A stretch of 48,261 bases of DNA from Octopus bimaculoides (taxonomy: Eukaryota). A program made the position numbers and the translations under genes. Below are positions 45,530 through 48,261 of the stretch, one piece after another (the first letter of the stretch is position 1; every line of letters begins with the position of its first letter). Location: positions 35,849,391-35,897,651 of the forward strand of contig NC_068987.1 of the NCBI RefSeq assembly GCF_001194135.2, read 5' to 3'. The notes under the pieces are model-generated. The model did no database searches. It worked only from the letters and a program-made list of their open reading frames with translations, and was not told where the DNA came from.

Positions 45530-45860
45530 GAGGATGTTGTATGGTATAGTTCTATATATACTATCATTAGAGCAACTGTGGTTATGTCTTGTCATTTTGT
45601 CTGAGTTATGTCGCAAAACAAGAATAAAATAACAACATCTACTACTACTAATTGGTAATACAACCTGGCAGAAAAAGTTATCAACTTTTATCCAACTAAC
45701 ATACTGTGATGACACAGAAGGAAGGCCAGGTTGTATATGGTTCTATATATACTGTCATTATAGCGAATGTAGTCATGACTTGTCGTTTGGCCTGAGTTAT
45801 GACGGGAAACAAAAATAAACATGACAACAAGAACGATGACTATTTGACATTGTAGCCTGT
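45530..45860. repeat. Old tandem duplication, period about 191 bp
   Basis: 45550-45625 and 45741-45816 align without gaps with about 14 mismatches (TTCTATATATACT.TCATTA...CTGAGTTATG). Confidence 0.85.
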
Positions 45861-46632
45861 ATGTGATTATTCACACAGTTGGAAACAACAGCCAAGATTT
45901 CTTCCGATTGCACTCCTCTATAGAAATGTAATGATATACTGAATGATGTAGTCCTAGAAATGTCATGCTTAGAAAGAAAATATAAATGTGAGATAGGCAT
46001 GGCTGGATAGAGAACTGCTAAATACATTTGAACATGCAAACTTAATAATGATGCAGTAACAAAAGAGTACAGTAAAAATTCAGGTATGAACGTGCATTCG
46101 TCCTCCTACAAATTATCAACTTTAAATATCTTCATCATTCAATTACTTAATTCAATACTTGATAGCATTCTTCTATATGAAGCCATTTTATCTGCTACAC
46201 ATTAATAGAGATCAAAGGAACACTCACCATTGACAATCTGGCGTTGATACTACAGATATGGGTTCACAAACATCTCATCATACAACAAATTATCAATGCG
46301 ATCTTGGAGATAACTAATGCATTATAACTCTATCTTCAGTGAAATTATATCGGTCCGAAGACGGAAGAGAAAATCTGGTTTGCGATAGTGATTCTATTTG
46401 AAAATAGATGTTAATAAGAAACTTTATGGATAGAACTTCAAATGTTTCGGATATCATTCTGCATAAATATAATTATGACCATTCACATCAGACTACATTG
46501 GAGAATGTAAATGCCTGTGTTAAATAACTTTGTCTTCCTGTGCAGGCAAATGTATTTGTGGATATGTTTGGTATTCAGCTCACAATCATGAAGATGTGGC
46601 TTTACTTTCAGAATGTAGCGTGGTGTACTTTC

Positions 46633-46685
46633 CTCCTGAGGAGCACGCGATTTTCCCAATTTCGCTGCTGAAACTAAATGAGTTT

Positions 46686-46688
<3 letters not shown>
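46633..46688 (+). ncRNA. Hammerhead ribozyme-like motif with two single-base insertions
   Basis: CUC-CUGAGGA-GCA-C-GCGA(loop)UCGC-UGC-U-GAAA-CU(AAAUG)AG-UU|U-GAG. 7-bp stem II, 3-bp stem III, GUU triplet. There is an extra U before GAAA and an extra U before stem I. Confidence 0.4.
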
Positions 46689-46724
<36 letters not shown>

Positions 46725-46778
46725 TATGCGCGCGCGTGAGAGTGAGAAAGAGAAAGAGAGTTTGTGAGTGTGTCTATA

Positions 46779-46956
46779 GCACCTTGGGCCAGTGTCTTCT
46801 ACTATAGCCTCGAGCCGACCAAAACCTTCGGAGTGGATTTCGTAAAAGAAAATGCAGATTGGGAAGCTAATAATTGTGGAGGCGGTTTCCTCAACTAAAA
46901 ATATTTAAGACCATGCTCCAGCATGGTCATAGCCAAATGACTCAAAAAAGTAAAAG
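46779..46956 (+). mobile_element. Internally deleted SINE family B fragment
   Basis: GCACCTTGGGCCAGTGTCTTCTACTATAGCCTCGAGCCGACCAAA, then directly GCTCCAGCATGGTCATAGCCAAATGACT...AAGTAAAAG. Confidence 0.8.
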
Positions 46957-47809
46957 NNNNNNNNNNNNNNNNNNNNNNNNNNNNNNNNNNNNNNNNNNNN
47001 NNNNNNNNNNNNNNNNNNNNNNNNNNNNNNNNNNNNNNNNNNNNNNNNNNNNNNNNNNNNNNNNNNNNNNNNNNNNNNNNNNNNNNNNNNNNNNNNNNNN
47101 NNNNNNNNNNNNNNNNNNNNNNNNNNNNNNNNNNNNNNNNNNNNNNNNNNNNNNNNNNNNNNNNNNNNNNNNNNNNNNNNNNNNNNNNNNNNNNNNNNNN
47201 NNNNNNNNNNNNNNNNNNNNNNNNNNNNNNNNNNNNNNNNNNNNNNNNNNNNNNNNNNNNNNNNNNNNNNNNNNNNNNNNNNNNNNNNNNNNNNNNNNNN
47301 NNNNNNNNNNNNNNNNNNNNNNNNNNNNNNNNNNNNNNNNNNNNNNNNNNNNNNNNNNNNNNNNNNNNNNNNNNNNNNNNNNNNNNNNNNNNNNNNNNNN
47401 NNNNNNNNNNNNNNNNNNNNNNNNNNNNNNNNNNNNNNNNNNNNNNNNNNNNNNNNNNNNNNNNNNNNNNNNNNNNNNNNNNNNNNNNNNNNNNNNNNNN
47501 NNNNNNNNNNNNNNNNNNNNNNNNNNNNNNNNNNNNNNNNNNNNNNNNNNNNNNNNNNNNNNNNNNNNNNNNNNNNNNNNNNNNNNNNNNNNNNNNNNNN
47601 NNNNNNNNNNNNNNNNNNNNNNNNNNNNNNNNNNNNNNNNNNNNNNNNNNNNNNNNNNNNNNNNNNNNNNNNNNNNNNNNNNNNNNNNNNNNNNNNNNNN
47701 NNNNNNNNNNNNNNNNNNNNNNNNNNNNNNNNNNNNNNNNNNNNNNNNNNNNNNNNNNNNNNNNNNNNNNNNNNNNNNNNNNNNNNNNNNNNNNNNNNNN
47801 NNNNNNNNN

Positions 47810-47846
<37 letters not shown>

Positions 47847-48220
47847 TATATGTATGTATTTATTTATGTATGTGTGTATTAGACAGAATGAGATAACAAA
47901 GCCAAAGGTGTGAGTAGATTTCAGGACATTTATAATGAAATAGACTTTCAGTTAGGGGATATTATGGATATCCCTTCATCAAAGAAGGTATGAGAAAATA
48001 TTTGACTTCGAAATACAGCGGGAAAGGAAAGGATAGGGAATATTGAAGAAAATAGGAGAATGAAAGTAGGAATAAGATATATGAAGATATTGTACTTTCA
48101 GCTCCATTATTCGAGGAAAATGTTGTACAGAAGTGGTAAAAAGGTTTCCTGTTTATGGTATGTAAGTGCGTGTTTAGTCATTTCAAAATATGGAGCCGTA
48201 GAGTCAGTGTTGTTCATTCG

Positions 48221-48261
<41 letters not shown>

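Noticed and set aside
46525-46690. Possible exon after a good acceptor (TTTGTCTTCCTGTGCAG)
   Set aside because: No recognisable protein in any frame and no convincing donor or partner exon.

Overview
This is AT-rich, microsatellite-dense eukaryotic DNA with ten N-gaps (3708-3794, 4622-5210, 6755-7243, 13018-13027, 18955-19579, 23841-24066, 24721-25314, 35752-35939, 41620-42094, 46957-47809). The SINE repertoire and repeat load suggest a coleoid cephalopod, probably Octopus (inference). I could not support any host protein-coding exon, rRNA, true tRNA or CRISPR array, and most listed ORFs are read-throughs of microsatellites or gaps. The window is intergenic or intronic and made of decayed transposons. 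These are four R4/Dong-type non-LTR fragments (three REL-endonuclease 3' ends abutting (AAT)n, plus one RT fragment), a Penelope-like RT plus Cys-linker remnant, mariner and Tc1 relics, MITEs and palindromes, a Helitron-type 3' end, and four tRNA-derived SINE families. The most interesting unexplained signal is a set of type I hammerhead-ribozyme-like motifs. A 300-bp inverted-repeat element (3968-4269) has a hammerhead fold in each arm, on opposite strands, with a compensatory change in stem I. A tRNA-headed SINE (39774-40073, second partial copy at 445-598) carries a minimal hammerhead, and further candidates lie at 13458-13518 and 46633-46688. All folds were done by eye and none has been tested for activity.
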